Part shown: one piece after another, positions 49,259 through 57,626 of the stretch | Layout: each line of letters opens with the position of its first letter | How positions within the stretch are numbered: the stretch's first letter is position 1 | IMG/VR virus record: IMGVR_UViG_3300027365_000011 | Coordinates: 19,478 to 83,477 of that record | From: a virus | Reading direction: 5' to 3' (one strand) | Length of the DNA: 64,000 nucleotides | Made by a program: the position numbers and the translations under genes | The notes under the pieces: model-generated | What the model was told of the DNA's origin: nothing | The model's input: only the letters and a program-made list of their open reading frames with translations | Databases searched by the model: none

Positions 49259-49420
49259 TCAGGCGGCCGGCACCAGCCGGACCAACTCCGACTCCCGAAA
49301 CGGCCGTTCCGTGCCATCGACCAGACGCACCCACCACGATCGGCCGTTGCCGCCCGGGCAGCGGTCCATGAGCTCGCCCACGCCGACAGGCGACAGCACC
49401 GGGGCTCCCGTGAATAACAT
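49259..49420 (-). CDS. 53-aa SH3/KOW-like protein (not in the ORF track)
   Basis: MLFTGAPVLSPVGVGELMDRCPGGNGRSWWVRLVDGTERPFRESELVRLVPAA*; GGAG RBS; ends the leftward operon. Confidence 0.6.
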   Translation of the reverse strand: MLFTGAPVLSPVGVGELMDRCPGGNGRSWWVRLVDGTERPFRESELVRLVPAA

Positions 49421-49423
49421 GGC

Positions 49424-49783
49424 TCACTCCACTTCCAGGGCGGCGGGCTGCGCCGGCAGCTCGCCGACATCGAAGTACACCGGCAGCCCCAGCTCCTCGG
49501 CCCGCGCGATCTCCGCGCGCGTGCCGTCGCTGGCCTGCCAGTTGGGCGCCACCACCACCACGTCGCATTTCTCCATGACGTTCAGGGTCAACGCCAGCCA
49601 GAAGTCGTCATCGCCGACGTGCTCGAGGCCGGTGGACAGGTTATGCGGCACGATGGGGTGCCAGCCGCGCTCGGCGACCAGCACGCCCACCTGGCGGGCG
49701 CGGTTGACGTTGACGGTGACGCCCAGCGGCGTGGCGGCGCGGTACGGGCCGGCCACATAGGCCAGCGGGGGATTACTCGGCAT
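49424..49783 (-). CDS. DUF4406/nucleoside deoxyribosyltransferase-like protein
   Basis: YVAGPY...PIVPH...CDVV...WQASDGTRAE...GLPV. Confidence 0.8.
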   Translation of the reverse strand: MPSNPPLAYVAGPYRAATPLGVTVNVNRARQVGVLVAERGWHPIVPHNLSTGLEHVGDDDFWLALTLNVMEKCDVVVVAPNWQASDGTRAEIARAEELGLPVYFDVGELPAQPAALEVE

Positions 49784-50318
49784 TGATGATGTCCTCGATG
49801 GCTTGATCGGTCAGGTCCAGGTCGTGCTGGTGGCGGTACAGGATCGGCGCCATGCCCGGGGAGCCTTTCGCCCAGGGCTTCATGATGGTCACGCGGTCGA
49901 CCAGGTGATTGGGGTTGCCGCGGGCCTCGGCAGCCTCCATGGCAGCCTCAAGGAACGGCACGATGCCCTGACCGACGGCGGTGAACGCCTGGTCGGTGCG
50001 GATCTCCACCGAATCCAGGTACTCCTTGCCGCCGTCCGGGTTGCGGAAGTACGCGATGGCCAGCACGCTCCACTGCATCGGCACGCAGATGGTCATGTCG
50101 TGCAGGTCGTCGCGGCTGACATCGAGCGGCAATGGCACCGAAAAGCCCCAGTGCAGGAACCCGCTCTGGCGTCGAACCTCATAGAAGGTCCGGGCGTAGC
50201 GGTTCGTTGTCCGCCGCAGGTACTTGGCCCGCTTCGCCGAAACGGCGGCCTTCTTCTCGGCAGCGCGGCGCTCACGACGGTTGGCCGGGGCCTGGCGATC
50301 ATTAGCGGCGTGCGACAT
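49773..50318 (-). CDS. Hypothetical protein
   Basis: GGAG RBS; coupled. Confidence 0.65.
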   Translation of the reverse strand: MSHAANDRQAPANRRERRAAEKKAAVSAKRAKYLRRTTNRYARTFYEVRRQSGFLHWGFSVPLPLDVSRDDLHDMTICVPMQWSVLAIAYFRNPDGGKEYLDSVEIRTDQAFTAVGQGIVPFLEAAMEAAEARGNPNHLVDRVTIMKPWAKGSPGMAPILYRHQHDLDLTDQAIEDIINAE

Positions 50319-50505
50319 GCTGGATTCTCCGGTTCACTTCGCGGCTGTCCCGTGAGCCGCAGCGTTTGCAGTAGTCGAGTTCGATGCGCTCGAACGTCTC
50401 GGGGTCAAGGTCGGTCTTGTCGCTGGCGCCGACGTGGCGGCAACAGCCCGGGCACCAGTAGTCCAGGCCGCGACCGCGGCGCAGGGCAGGGCGGTGGCGA
50501 ATCAT
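50302..50505 (-). CDS. Small Zn-finger protein
   Basis: CPGC...CKRC; AAGGAG-like RBS. Confidence 0.55.
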   Translation of the reverse strand: MIRHRPALRRGRGLDYWCPGCCRHVGASDKTDLDPETFERIELDYCKRCGSRDSREVNRRIQHVARR

Positions 50506-50897
50506 CACTCGCCTTCCTTGGCCTGGCGGTGCAGCTTCTTGGCGTGCAGGCGCAGCCAGTCGGCGGTCCACTCGTCATCCCGAGCAATCACCTCGGCCAT
50601 TTCCTCCAGCCCTTCGGCTTTCACTCGTGCATCGCGGCGGGCGAGGCTGGCGGCGGGCGAGCTATTCCTTACCTCGTCCAGCTCGAAAGTCCAGTCGTCA
50701 TCGGCCAGCGCCTCCTCGCTGGTGGCCTCAAGAAACCGCCATACATGCGCCGCCAGCTCGTCACGCTCGCGGGCAATCGGATTCTTCGGGCAGATCCAGT
50801 CGTGCTCGATCAGCGCCCGATAGGCGTCCTTCTGGAGCACGCCGTAGCGGGCGCCATGGCGCACCTGGTAGTCGCAGTAGATGCAGGTGGCAGTCAT
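50505..50897 (-). CDS. Hypothetical phage protein
   Basis: CIYC...H..ICPKNP; SLARRDARVKAEGLEE is a common phage module. Confidence 0.65.
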   Translation of the reverse strand: MTATCIYCDYQVRHGARYGVLQKDAYRALIEHDWICPKNPIARERDELAAHVWRFLEATSEEALADDDWTFELDEVRNSSPAASLARRDARVKAEGLEEMAEVIARDDEWTADWLRLHAKKLHRQAKEGE

Positions 50898-51253
50898 GAC
50901 TCCCCCCGCTGAATCACGTCGCCCGACATGGTGCTGGCGCTGCCGCCGATACTCCCGCTGACCTCCACGTCGCCGCTCATGGTGCGGACATCGCCGGCCA
51001 CGTCGTGGCAGATAATGTCCCCGCTGGAGCTTTTGACCTCCCTGCAGGAACCGTCTACCCGGACATTCCCGGAAGTCGTCTCCACGGACTCGGCATCGCC
51101 CTGCACCGTCACGTAGACCGGGCCGACCAGGGAGCCGTCCTGCACTTCGCCGTCGACCACCACCTTGTCGCCGTTGATAGTGATGTTGCGGCCCTCGAAG
51201 TCGCGGCCGTCGATCGTGACGCGGCCCCGCTGGCCGCCCAGGTGGATCTTCAT
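50894..51253 (-). CDS. Beta-strand repeat protein (DUF4097-like)
   Basis: Repeated T(T/S/M)SG(N/D)V units. Confidence 0.75.
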   Translation of the reverse strand: MKIHLGGQRGRVTIDGRDFEGRNITINGDKVVVDGEVQDGSLVGPVYVTVQGDAESVETTSGNVRVDGSCREVKSSSGDIICHDVAGDVRTMSGDVEVSGSIGGSASTMSGDVIQRGES

Positions 51254-51555
51254 GCGGTCTCTCCCAAGTCGTCGTCGCGGGCGATCAGCCCAAGGGTGGC
51301 CATCAATGACCGGGCTTCCTCGCTGGCCAGCGAGTAGTACACGGTCTGGCTCTCGCGGCGTGTGTCGACCAGCCCGGTGCGGCGAAGCATGGCCAGGTGC
51401 TGGGACAGGGCGGACTGGCTCAGGGCGATGCGACGGTTCAGGGCCGTGACCGACATTTCGCGTGAGCTGGCCAGCAGCACCAGGGCGGACAGCCGGAAGG
51501 GGTTGCTCATGGCGCGCAGGATCTCGGCATTGCGAGCCAGGGTGGTGTCATTCAT
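51250..51555 (-). CDS. ArsR/SmtB-family transcriptional regulator
   Basis: SNPFRL...LSQSALSQHLAMLR...RRESQTVYYSL. Confidence 0.9.
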   Translation of the reverse strand: MNDTTLARNAEILRAMSNPFRLSALVLLASSREMSVTALNRRIALSQSALSQHLAMLRRTGLVDTRRESQTVYYSLASEEARSLMATLGLIARDDDLGETA

Positions 51556-51576
51556 GGTTCGTTCCTTGCGGTTCGG

Positions 51577-51738
51577 TCAGCGGACCAGGTGTTCGAGGGT
51601 GCAGTAGCAGCGGGATTCGCCGCCCGCGCGGCACTCCCGGTATTGTTCGAGGGCCTTCCAGTACGAGAGGGCCACCAGGGCCAGGCAGCCGGTGTAGACG
51701 ATGGCCTTCTTCAAGCGGCGTTCGGTGCGGCGTCTCAT
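51577..51738 (-). CDS. Small membrane protein (53 aa, not in the ORF track)
   Basis: MRRRTERRLKKAIVYTGCLALVALSYWKALEQYRECR...; start overlaps the upstream stop. Confidence 0.5.
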   Translation of the reverse strand: MRRRTERRLKKAIVYTGCLALVALSYWKALEQYRECRAGGESRCYCTLEHLVR

Positions 51739-52379
51739 TCGCCCGTCACCTCGCGTAGCAGGCGGGCGTTATCGGCTTCGAGGTGGTCGACACGCGCCCA
51801 CAGCGTCTTGACGCCCGCCCGGGCGCCGGCGGTCAGGCCCACCAGATTGAGCTCGGCATACCAGCGGTGCTCATCGGTCGCGGCCAGGCGCACGCGCCAG
51901 TCGCGGCGACCGTTCACCTTGCCGTCCACGGCGTCGATGATGCCCAGCCCGGCCGGGGTCATTACCGGGTCGCCCAGGGCGATGCCGTAGCCCGCGGCGG
52001 CATCGTCCAGGTCGTCAGCGTCGGGCTCCGGGGCGGCGATCGGGCCGGCCCACTCGAGCGGGCGCCAGCCCCGCCCGAAGCGCCAGGCGTCGCCCTCGCG
52101 GGTCCGGTGCTCGGCTTCCAGTTGGGGCGCCAGGTCGCTCTCCCACATCAGCGGATGGCGCGGGTCCATGTCGCCGCCAAGGATCGAGTAGTTCAGCTCG
52201 GGGGCGAAGCGGTTGCCGTCCCGGCGCCGCAGGCCCATCGTCACGCGGCAGATCACCGGCCGGTTGAAACCCCAGCCGCGGACCCAGTAGAACCGCTCGT
52301 CCAGGGCTTTCAGGCCCATGGCCTCGAAGTCAGCCAGCCGCGGGGGCGTGGCCTGCCAGACGGCGGGCAGGTCGATCAT
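51735..52379 (-). CDS. Hypothetical protein with C-terminal SH3-like domain
   Basis: ATG 52379 directly after the upstream stop. Confidence 0.6.
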   Translation of the reverse strand: MIDLPAVWQATPPRLADFEAMGLKALDERFYWVRGWGFNRPVICRVTMGLRRRDGNRFAPELNYSILGGDMDPRHPLMWESDLAPQLEAEHRTREGDAWRFGRGWRPLEWAGPIAAPEPDADDLDDAAAGYGIALGDPVMTPAGLGIIDAVDGKVNGRRDWRVRLAATDEHRWYAELNLVGLTAGARAGVKTLWARVDHLEADNARLLREVTGE

Positions 52380-52381
52380 TG

Positions 52382-52600
52382 TCACGCCAGCGCTCCCCGG
52401 GCCACGGTGGCGGCCCGCCGACGGCGATGTTCGGCTTGCTCGAACAGATGGCGGGCGCGCTGGCGCAGGTGATGCGCCGCCTCGGGGAAGTCGCCAGCCA
52501 GTTGCCCGGCCAGGCTCTCCAGCTCCCGGGCCGCGGCCGAATCCTGCAGGTTCTCGACCACCAGCCGCAGGTCGCGCGGCATGTCCATGGCGTCGCTCAT
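52382..52600 (-). CDS. Hypothetical protein
   Basis: ATGA overlap with rdgC. Confidence 0.6.
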   Translation of the reverse strand: MSDAMDMPRDLRLVVENLQDSAAARELESLAGQLAGDFPEAAHHLRQRARHLFEQAEHRRRRAATVARGALA

Positions 52601-53772
52601 GCCGCACCCCCGAGGACTGTCCGCTGGCCGTTGGTATCCATGGGCGACACCACGCCGGCGGCCTCCATGGATTCGATCAGCCGCGCCGCCCGGTTGTAGC
52701 CGAGCTTGAGCGCACGCTGCAGGCCCGAGACGCTGGCGCGCCGGGTCGATGTCACCAGTGCCACGGCATCCCCGTAGAGCGGGTCCGCGTCGTCGTCGGC
52801 GGCGGGCGCAGGCATGTCGGGGGCCTCGCCGTCGGCCAGGGCCGGTGTGGCTTCGCCGCCCAGCGCGTCGATGAGTTGTTCGACGGCCCGCGCCAGCACC
52901 TGGGTCATCAGCAGGAAGTCGCTTTCGAGGCGGGCGATCGGGTCATCGCCGCTTTCGTCCTGAGCCGCCTCATCGAGCACCGCGTCGGCGAAGCGCAGCG
53001 ACTTGAGCGACAGGTCATCGCCCAGCACCAGCGAGACCGATTCGTTGACCCGGAAGGCCAGCTTGGACGCCTGACGGCCGGCCTCGAGGGCGGCCTGCAC
53101 TTCCTCGCCGTCGAGGTCCACCTGGCGCGCCCGGATGATGCCGTCATCGCCGGTGGTCGACTTCAACTCCACCTGGTCGCCCAGTTCCAGCCAACCGGGG
53201 CGGCTGCTGGAGCGGTTGAGCCATTCGGTCATGGCGCGGGTCGGCGTCACCTGGGTGGCCAGCGGCGTGACCTTGAGCGAGCCCAGCGTCTGGCGCAGCA
53301 GGTCCAGCGTGTCTTCGGCCCGGGCACGGCTCGAGGCGTTGACGACGATGCGCGAGCGCACGGTGTCCCACCACACGTCAATCCGCTGACTGCGCACGAA
53401 GGCCCGCGGCAGCAGCTCCTCGTACACCTGTTCCTTGAGCGCCTGCTTTTCCTGACGGCGCAACGGGCGGCCTTCGGCGGCTTCCCGGTCGGCGGCGCGC
53501 TCCTCGACTTCCTCGGCGACCACGCTGGGCGGCAGCATCCGTTCCTGGCGCAGCACGGTCAGCAGGCGCTGGCCGTTGATGCTGTGGAGGCGAACCTGGC
53601 TTCCCGGGCCGCCGGGCTTGGTCCAGCCCAGGCGCTTTTTCTCCGAATCGCCCAGGGGGCGATGGGCGTGTTCCTCCAGCATCCCGGTCAGCGCGTCGTC
53701 GGTCAGCGGCGGGGCATCATGCAGGGCGTAAACATGGGCGTTCTTGAAGAACATGGGCGGCCTCTGTTCCAT
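52597..53772 (-). CDS. rdgC: Recombination-associated protein RdgC with C-terminal FtsK-gamma domain
   Basis: [23 protein letters not shown]; DPLYGDAV...[24 protein letters not shown]. Confidence 0.9.
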   Translation of the reverse strand: MEQRPPMFFKNAHVYALHDAPPLTDDALTGMLEEHAHRPLGDSEKKRLGWTKPGGPGSQVRLHSINGQRLLTVLRQERMLPPSVVAEEVEERAADREAAEGRPLRRQEKQALKEQVYEELLPRAFVRSQRIDVWWDTVRSRIVVNASSRARAEDTLDLLRQTLGSLKVTPLATQVTPTRAMTEWLNRSSSRPGWLELGDQVELKSTTGDDGIIRARQVDLDGEEVQAALEAGRQASKLAFRVNESVSLVLGDDLSLKSLRFADAVLDEAAQDESGDDPIARLESDFLLMTQVLARAVEQLIDALGGEATPALADGEAPDMPAPAADDDADPLYGDAVALVTSTRRASVSGLQRALKLGYNRAARLIESMEAAGVVSPMDTNGQRTVLGGAA

Positions 53773-53842
53773 TTCAGGTAATAGACGGCCACTTTATTTC
53801 CTAATGAGTAATGTTGCAAGCAAAGAAATACCCCGCAGGAAA
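53767..53842 (-). promoter_or_regulatory. rdgC promoter with three operator boxes
   Basis: TTGCAA-17-TAAAGT on the minus strand; boxes at 53767, 53797 and 53828. Confidence 0.65.
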
Positions 53843-53903
53843 TATCCGGCGGGGTATGGGGAAGGGTGGCCGCGCTGGCGCTTGGCGTTAGATTCTCACG
53901 CCA

Positions 53904-54281
53904 TCAGGCGGTGTCGTCGCGCTGGCGCCACACGAAGCGCCGTTGACGGATGCGGCCCTGCAGGCGCTTCCACGCCGCGGCGTCGACCCAGCGCTCCGCC
54001 CAGGCCAGCAGCATGTCGGCTTGCCGGCGCGGCGGGTAGTCCTCGGGGTAGTTGGTGAAGTCCGATGCCAGCGCCAGCAGTTCAGCCCGGCCCAGGCGAG
54101 CGCTCCAGCCACCCCCGGCCGATCGGGGCGGGGCATCGCGATTCATCGCTTCGGCCCGGGCGGCGAGGTTGAGCGTCTGCGAGGTCGGGTCGAAGGTGGC
54201 GTCCAACAGGATGCCCAGCCACAAGGCGGCTTCCCCGGCGTCGATCCGGCGCTTCGAGGGCTTCAAAGGGCTCGATGGCAT
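53904..54281 (-). CDS. Hypothetical protein
   Basis: GGAGGT RBS before ATG 54281; basic C-terminal helix. Confidence 0.65.
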   Translation of the reverse strand: MPSSPLKPSKRRIDAGEAALWLGILLDATFDPTSQTLNLAARAEAMNRDAPPRSAGGGWSARLGRAELLALASDFTNYPEDYPPRRQADMLLAWAERWVDAAAWKRLQGRIRQRRFVWRQRDDTA

Positions 54282-54356
54282 GGCGGCGGCACCTCCGGCA
54301 AAAGCCAACCCCGCACCCCTCCGCCATGCGGCGAGTGGCGCACGGTTCGCGGGCAC

Positions 54357-54542
54357 TCAGACAAAATCGTTGGGCGTGACCTGGCCGTCGCTCCAGTCAC
54401 GAATCCGGCGCAACCCCTTGGCGTTGGGCGTGCTGGCGCCGGTTTCCCATCGCCAGTAGCGGATATAGCTGACCTCCAGCTCGCGGGCGGCCTCGACGGG
54501 TCCGATGCGGCGGACGGTTTCCCGGTATTCCTTGAGCTTCAC
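54357..54542 (-). CDS. Second Cro-like HTH protein
   Basis: GGAG then GTG start; YWRWETG...GQVTPNDF; promoter TTGCCT-17-TACCAT. Confidence 0.8.
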   Translation of the reverse strand: MKLKEYRETVRRIGPVEAARELEVSYIRYWRWETGASTPNAKGLRRIRDWSDGQVTPNDFV

Positions 54543-54817
54543 CCTGGTCTCCAATCGGTCGTAAGTCAGGGGAATGGTATTTCACGCCATGAAATAAGGC
54601 AAACGGAGGCAGGTAAGGGTCTGTCACGCGACAGGTAAGGCACCAGGGGAGTCGGCAAGCGTCCGGGCCTCAATCGGGGACGCACACGCCCCCGGGCTGT
54701 ATTTCCACAAGGGTCTTGTATTTCAGCCTCTCGACCCGGACGCGGCAAAGCCTACACGTCGCGCCCGACCAGCGCCACCCACGGCGGGGAGCCGGGCCGG
54801 TTTCGCGAGGCCCCAGC

Positions 54818-55122
54818 ACCGTAACCACCGTAACCTTTTGGAACCTTGCGCGGGGAGGTTACACACCGCTGGAGGCCGCGCCACGCAAGGCTTTCAGCCA
54901 TTCTACCGTAACCACCGTAACCTTTTTATAGTCAGCAGACTTGAGAGAGTTGGAAATAATAGAAGGGGGCTAAATAGGGGCTATTATTTCGCGAAAGGAA
55001 AAGTCCTATGGGGAGGTTGCACAGGTTACAAAAAACGCCCCTGCGACATCGCTGAAAGCCCCGCCATCCGTGGCCTGCGGCTGACCATGTAACCTTCACC
55101 GCAACCTTGCCGAAGGTTACAC
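54818..55122. other. Candidate replication origin (GTAACC iterons around an AT/purine-rich core)
   Basis: ACCGTAACCACCGTAACCTTTT twice; inverted GGTT(A/G)CA copies; non-coding; lies at a transcription divergence point. Confidence 0.6.
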
Positions 55123-55296
55123 ACCCGCCCGATAGGGAGGCGCATGACAGCCGTCCTGCCTCACGGTTAACGCTCCACCCCAAGCCCGCGAAAAATTCTC
55201 GCCTCGGGTCCGAAAAATCCCCTTACACCGTTACAATGAGCGTGAACTTACCTGTGGGGTAAAACCTTGTTCACGCAATCCCTGTTCTCTCTGCTC

Positions 55297-55437
55297 ATGT
55301 TCGCCCTGCTTGCCTTCGGTGTCGGCGCTTTCACCGCGCTGACGATCGACCCCAGCGCCTGGCCCTTGTGGCTGCGCCTGGCTTCGTCCCTCGGAGCCCT
55401 GGGCGCATGGCTCTGGGACGTGGCGCGGCACGGGTGA
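55297..55437 (+). CDS. Small two-TM membrane peptide at the head of the lysis cassette
   Basis: MFALLAFGVGAFTALTIDPSAWPLWLRLASSLGALGAWLWDVARHG*; weak RBS. Confidence 0.4.
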   Translation: MFALLAFGVGAFTALTIDPSAWPLWLRLASSLGALGAWLWDVARHG

Positions 55438-55467
55438 TTCAGCAACCCAACGACGACGCGAGGCGTT

Positions 55468-55812
55468 ATGACCGAAAACGACCCCCAATATTGGGCCACG
55501 CTCCTGCAGAACGCCTGGATGGTGGTTCTCGCGATATGGGGCGGGATGGTGGCCTATTACCAACGATTCCGCTCCCAGCGTGAGCCGTTCTCCTGGCTCG
55601 TGCTGCTGGGCGAACTGGCCACCTGCTCCCTGACGGGCGTGCTGGCGCTGTATGCCTGCATGGAAATGGACCTGTCGTGGCCCATGACCGCCATCGTGGT
55701 CGCGCTGTCCGGTCATGCCGGAGGCAGCCTGTTGAAGATGGCGGACAGCATGCTCCGGCGTCGTTTCGGCTTGATCCTCGGCAGCGATCAAAATGGAGGC
55801 GACCGCGGATGA
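55468..55812 (+). CDS. Holin (LydA-like)
   Basis: Three TM segments, AIWGG...GE...SGHAG; upstream of the endolysin. Confidence 0.8.
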   Translation: MTENDPQYWATLLQNAWMVVLAIWGGMVAYYQRFRSQREPFSWLVLLGELATCSLTGVLALYACMEMDLSWPMTAIVVALSGHAGGSLLKMADSMLRRRFGLILGSDQNGGDRG

Positions 55813-56054
55813 GCGCCATTTACCTGTTCAGCCTGGGCGGGGTGGCGCTGGCCACCTTGACCCTGGTGCATGCCCTGTACCTGAGAAATCGACCTGCCCG
55901 CTATCTGATGCCGGCCTTGCTGGCGCTGACTGTGTTCATCGCCACCGCCGCCGCCCCCTTCCTGCCTCTCGACGTGGCCCGCGTCATCGCATCCATGGTG
56001 CTCATCTGCGTGGCCGTCGATCACTCCCATCACGACGGAGGCCAGCATGCCTGA
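55809..56054 (+). CDS. Membrane protein of the lysis cassette
   Basis: Three hydrophobic segments; ATGA overlap; GGAGG RBS. Confidence 0.6.
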   Translation: MSAIYLFSLGGVALATLTLVHALYLRNRPARYLMPALLALTVFIATAAAPFLPLDVARVIASMVLICVAVDHSHHDGGQHA

Positions 56055-56886
56055 CACGAACTGGTACGACGCCGCGGATCTCAAGACCGCGGTGGTCAAG
56101 CCGTCGTCGCCGGTGCCCGACGTGATGCGCTTGCAGCAGGCCCTGGATGACGCGGGGTATGCGATCAGCGTCGACGGCATCTATGGGGACGGCACCAACC
56201 GCGTGCTTCGGGCCGCGCAACGACAGATGGGGCTGGTGGCCGACGGGATCGCCGGCCCCAAGACCTTCGCGGCCCTGGAAGGCCTCGACGTGGCCGCGCT
56301 GCTGGGGCAGGACGACATCGAGCGGGCCGCCGACGCCCTGGGCGTGTCGGTCCCGGCGGTGATGGCGGTCAACGAAGTCGAGTCCCGAGGGCATGGCTTC
56401 CTGGACTGCGGACTGCCGGTGATTCTGTTCGAGCGTCACTGGATGCGCCGCCAGCTCGAGGACGCCGGCATCGACCCGGCCCCCTGGGCTGCCAAGCACC
56501 CCGGCATCGTCAGCACCCGGCCCGGTGGCTACCAGGGCGGGCGACAGGAACACGACCGGCTGGCCGTGGCGCGAGCCATCAATGAGCCGGCGGCCCTGCA
56601 ATCCGCATCGTGGGGCCTGTTCCAGATCATGGGCTTTCACTATGCGTCGCTGGGCTTCGACACACCCGAGGCCATGGAAAGGGCGGCGTCGCATTCCGAG
56701 GGGCGCCAACTCGATATGTTCGTGGCGTTCATCCGTGCCGACGCGGACCTGCATCGCGCCCTGGAAGGCCACGACTGGGCGGACTTCGCCGAGCGCTACA
56801 ACGGCCCCGCCTACGCCAAGAACCAGTACGACGCCCGCCTGAGTCGTGCCTTTGCCCGGCACGCGCGAGCCCTTGCGGCCGCGTGA
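56047..56886 (+). CDS. Endolysin: PG-binding domain plus DUF3380 N-acetylmuramidase
   Basis: DGIYG...DGIAGP; VESRG.GF, ILFERH, SASWGLFQIMGF, RYNGP.Y. Confidence 0.92.
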   Translation: MPDTNWYDAADLKTAVVKPSSPVPDVMRLQQALDDAGYAISVDGIYGDGTNRVLRAAQRQMGLVADGIAGPKTFAALEGLDVAALLGQDDIERAADALGVSVPAVMAVNEVESRGHGFLDCGLPVILFERHWMRRQLEDAGIDPAPWAAKHPGIVSTRPGGYQGGRQEHDRLAVARAINEPAALQSASWGLFQIMGFHYASLGFDTPEAMERAASHSEGRQLDMFVAFIRADADLHRALEGHDWADFAERYNGPAYAKNQYDARLSRAFARHARALAAA

Positions 56887-56908
56887 CTTCAACCTGCGAG
56901 GAAACCTC

Positions 56909-57148
56909 ATGAGAAAGCGCATCATCCTGCTGTCCATCGCCGGCACGTTCGCCCTGGGCGGCTGCTCGAACCTCGTCACCCCGGCCGATGACGACTACCA
57001 CTTCGGCGACACGACCCGGACCTACTGCGAGACCACCGACCCACGCCTGCGGGATGCCGGGCGTGAAGCGGCAAGCGTCGCCGGGGTCAGGCTGTTCGAC
57101 CTGTGCCGAGCCATCGGCATCGAGTTCAAGGAGGACATTGATGGGTAA
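56909..57148 (+). CDS. Lipoprotein (spanin-like)
   Basis: Lipobox LGGC; follows the endolysin. Confidence 0.65.
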   Translation: MRKRIILLSIAGTFALGGCSNLVTPADDDYHFGDTTRTYCETTDPRLRDAGREAASVAGVRLFDLCRAIGIEFKEDIDG

Positions 57149-57626
57149 GGCGCTGGCCAAGGTCCACGCCATCAAGGTGCCGGGGGTCGTGCCGTACTAC
57201 GGCTCCCGGCCGCCCTGGATCGGCGAGGGTCGACCGATGTTCATTACCACGGCCGAAGGCCAGTATCGCGCCCGGGATGGCGTCACCGTCACCGTGCCTC
57301 GCGGCTTCGTGACCGACCTGGCGAGTACGCCGCGGTGGCTGTGGTCGCTGCTGCCCCCGCATGGCGGCCTCGCACTGGCCAGCCTGCCGCATGACTGGGG
57401 CTATGCCCAGGGCGGCAAACATGGGCTGCTGCCCAAGCCGTGGTGGGATGCGCTGTTCCGCGACCTGCTGGCCATCACCCCGGACGTGCCGCGCTGGAAG
57501 GCGGCCATCGCCTACCTGGGGGTGCGCTATGGCGGCAAGGGCGGCTGGGTCAACGGCTGGCATCCGTTCACACCGGGCACGGTGCCCGACTGGAAATCAT
57601 TGGGGGAGGAAGCCGCGCATGGCTGA
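57141..57626 (+). CDS. DUF1353 protein
   Basis: VPRGFVTDLASTP...HDW.Y...D..FR...GVR..G. Confidence 0.8.
   Translation: MGKALAKVHAIKVPGVVPYYGSRPPWIGEGRPMFITTAEGQYRARDGVTVTVPRGFVTDLASTPRWLWSLLPPHGGLALASLPHDWGYAQGGKHGLLPKPWWDALFRDLLAITPDVPRWKAAIAYLGVRYGGKGGWVNGWHPFTPGTVPDWKSLGEEAAHG

Noticed and set aside
49149-49568. Track ORFs 49149..49568 and 49177..49470
   Set aside because: Poor composition; the third frame (49259..49420) has an RBS and a paralogous domain.
54818-55122. Hairpin telomere site (N15-like telRL)
   Set aside because: The symmetry is patchy rather than a long perfect palindrome, and no protelomerase is seen in the window.
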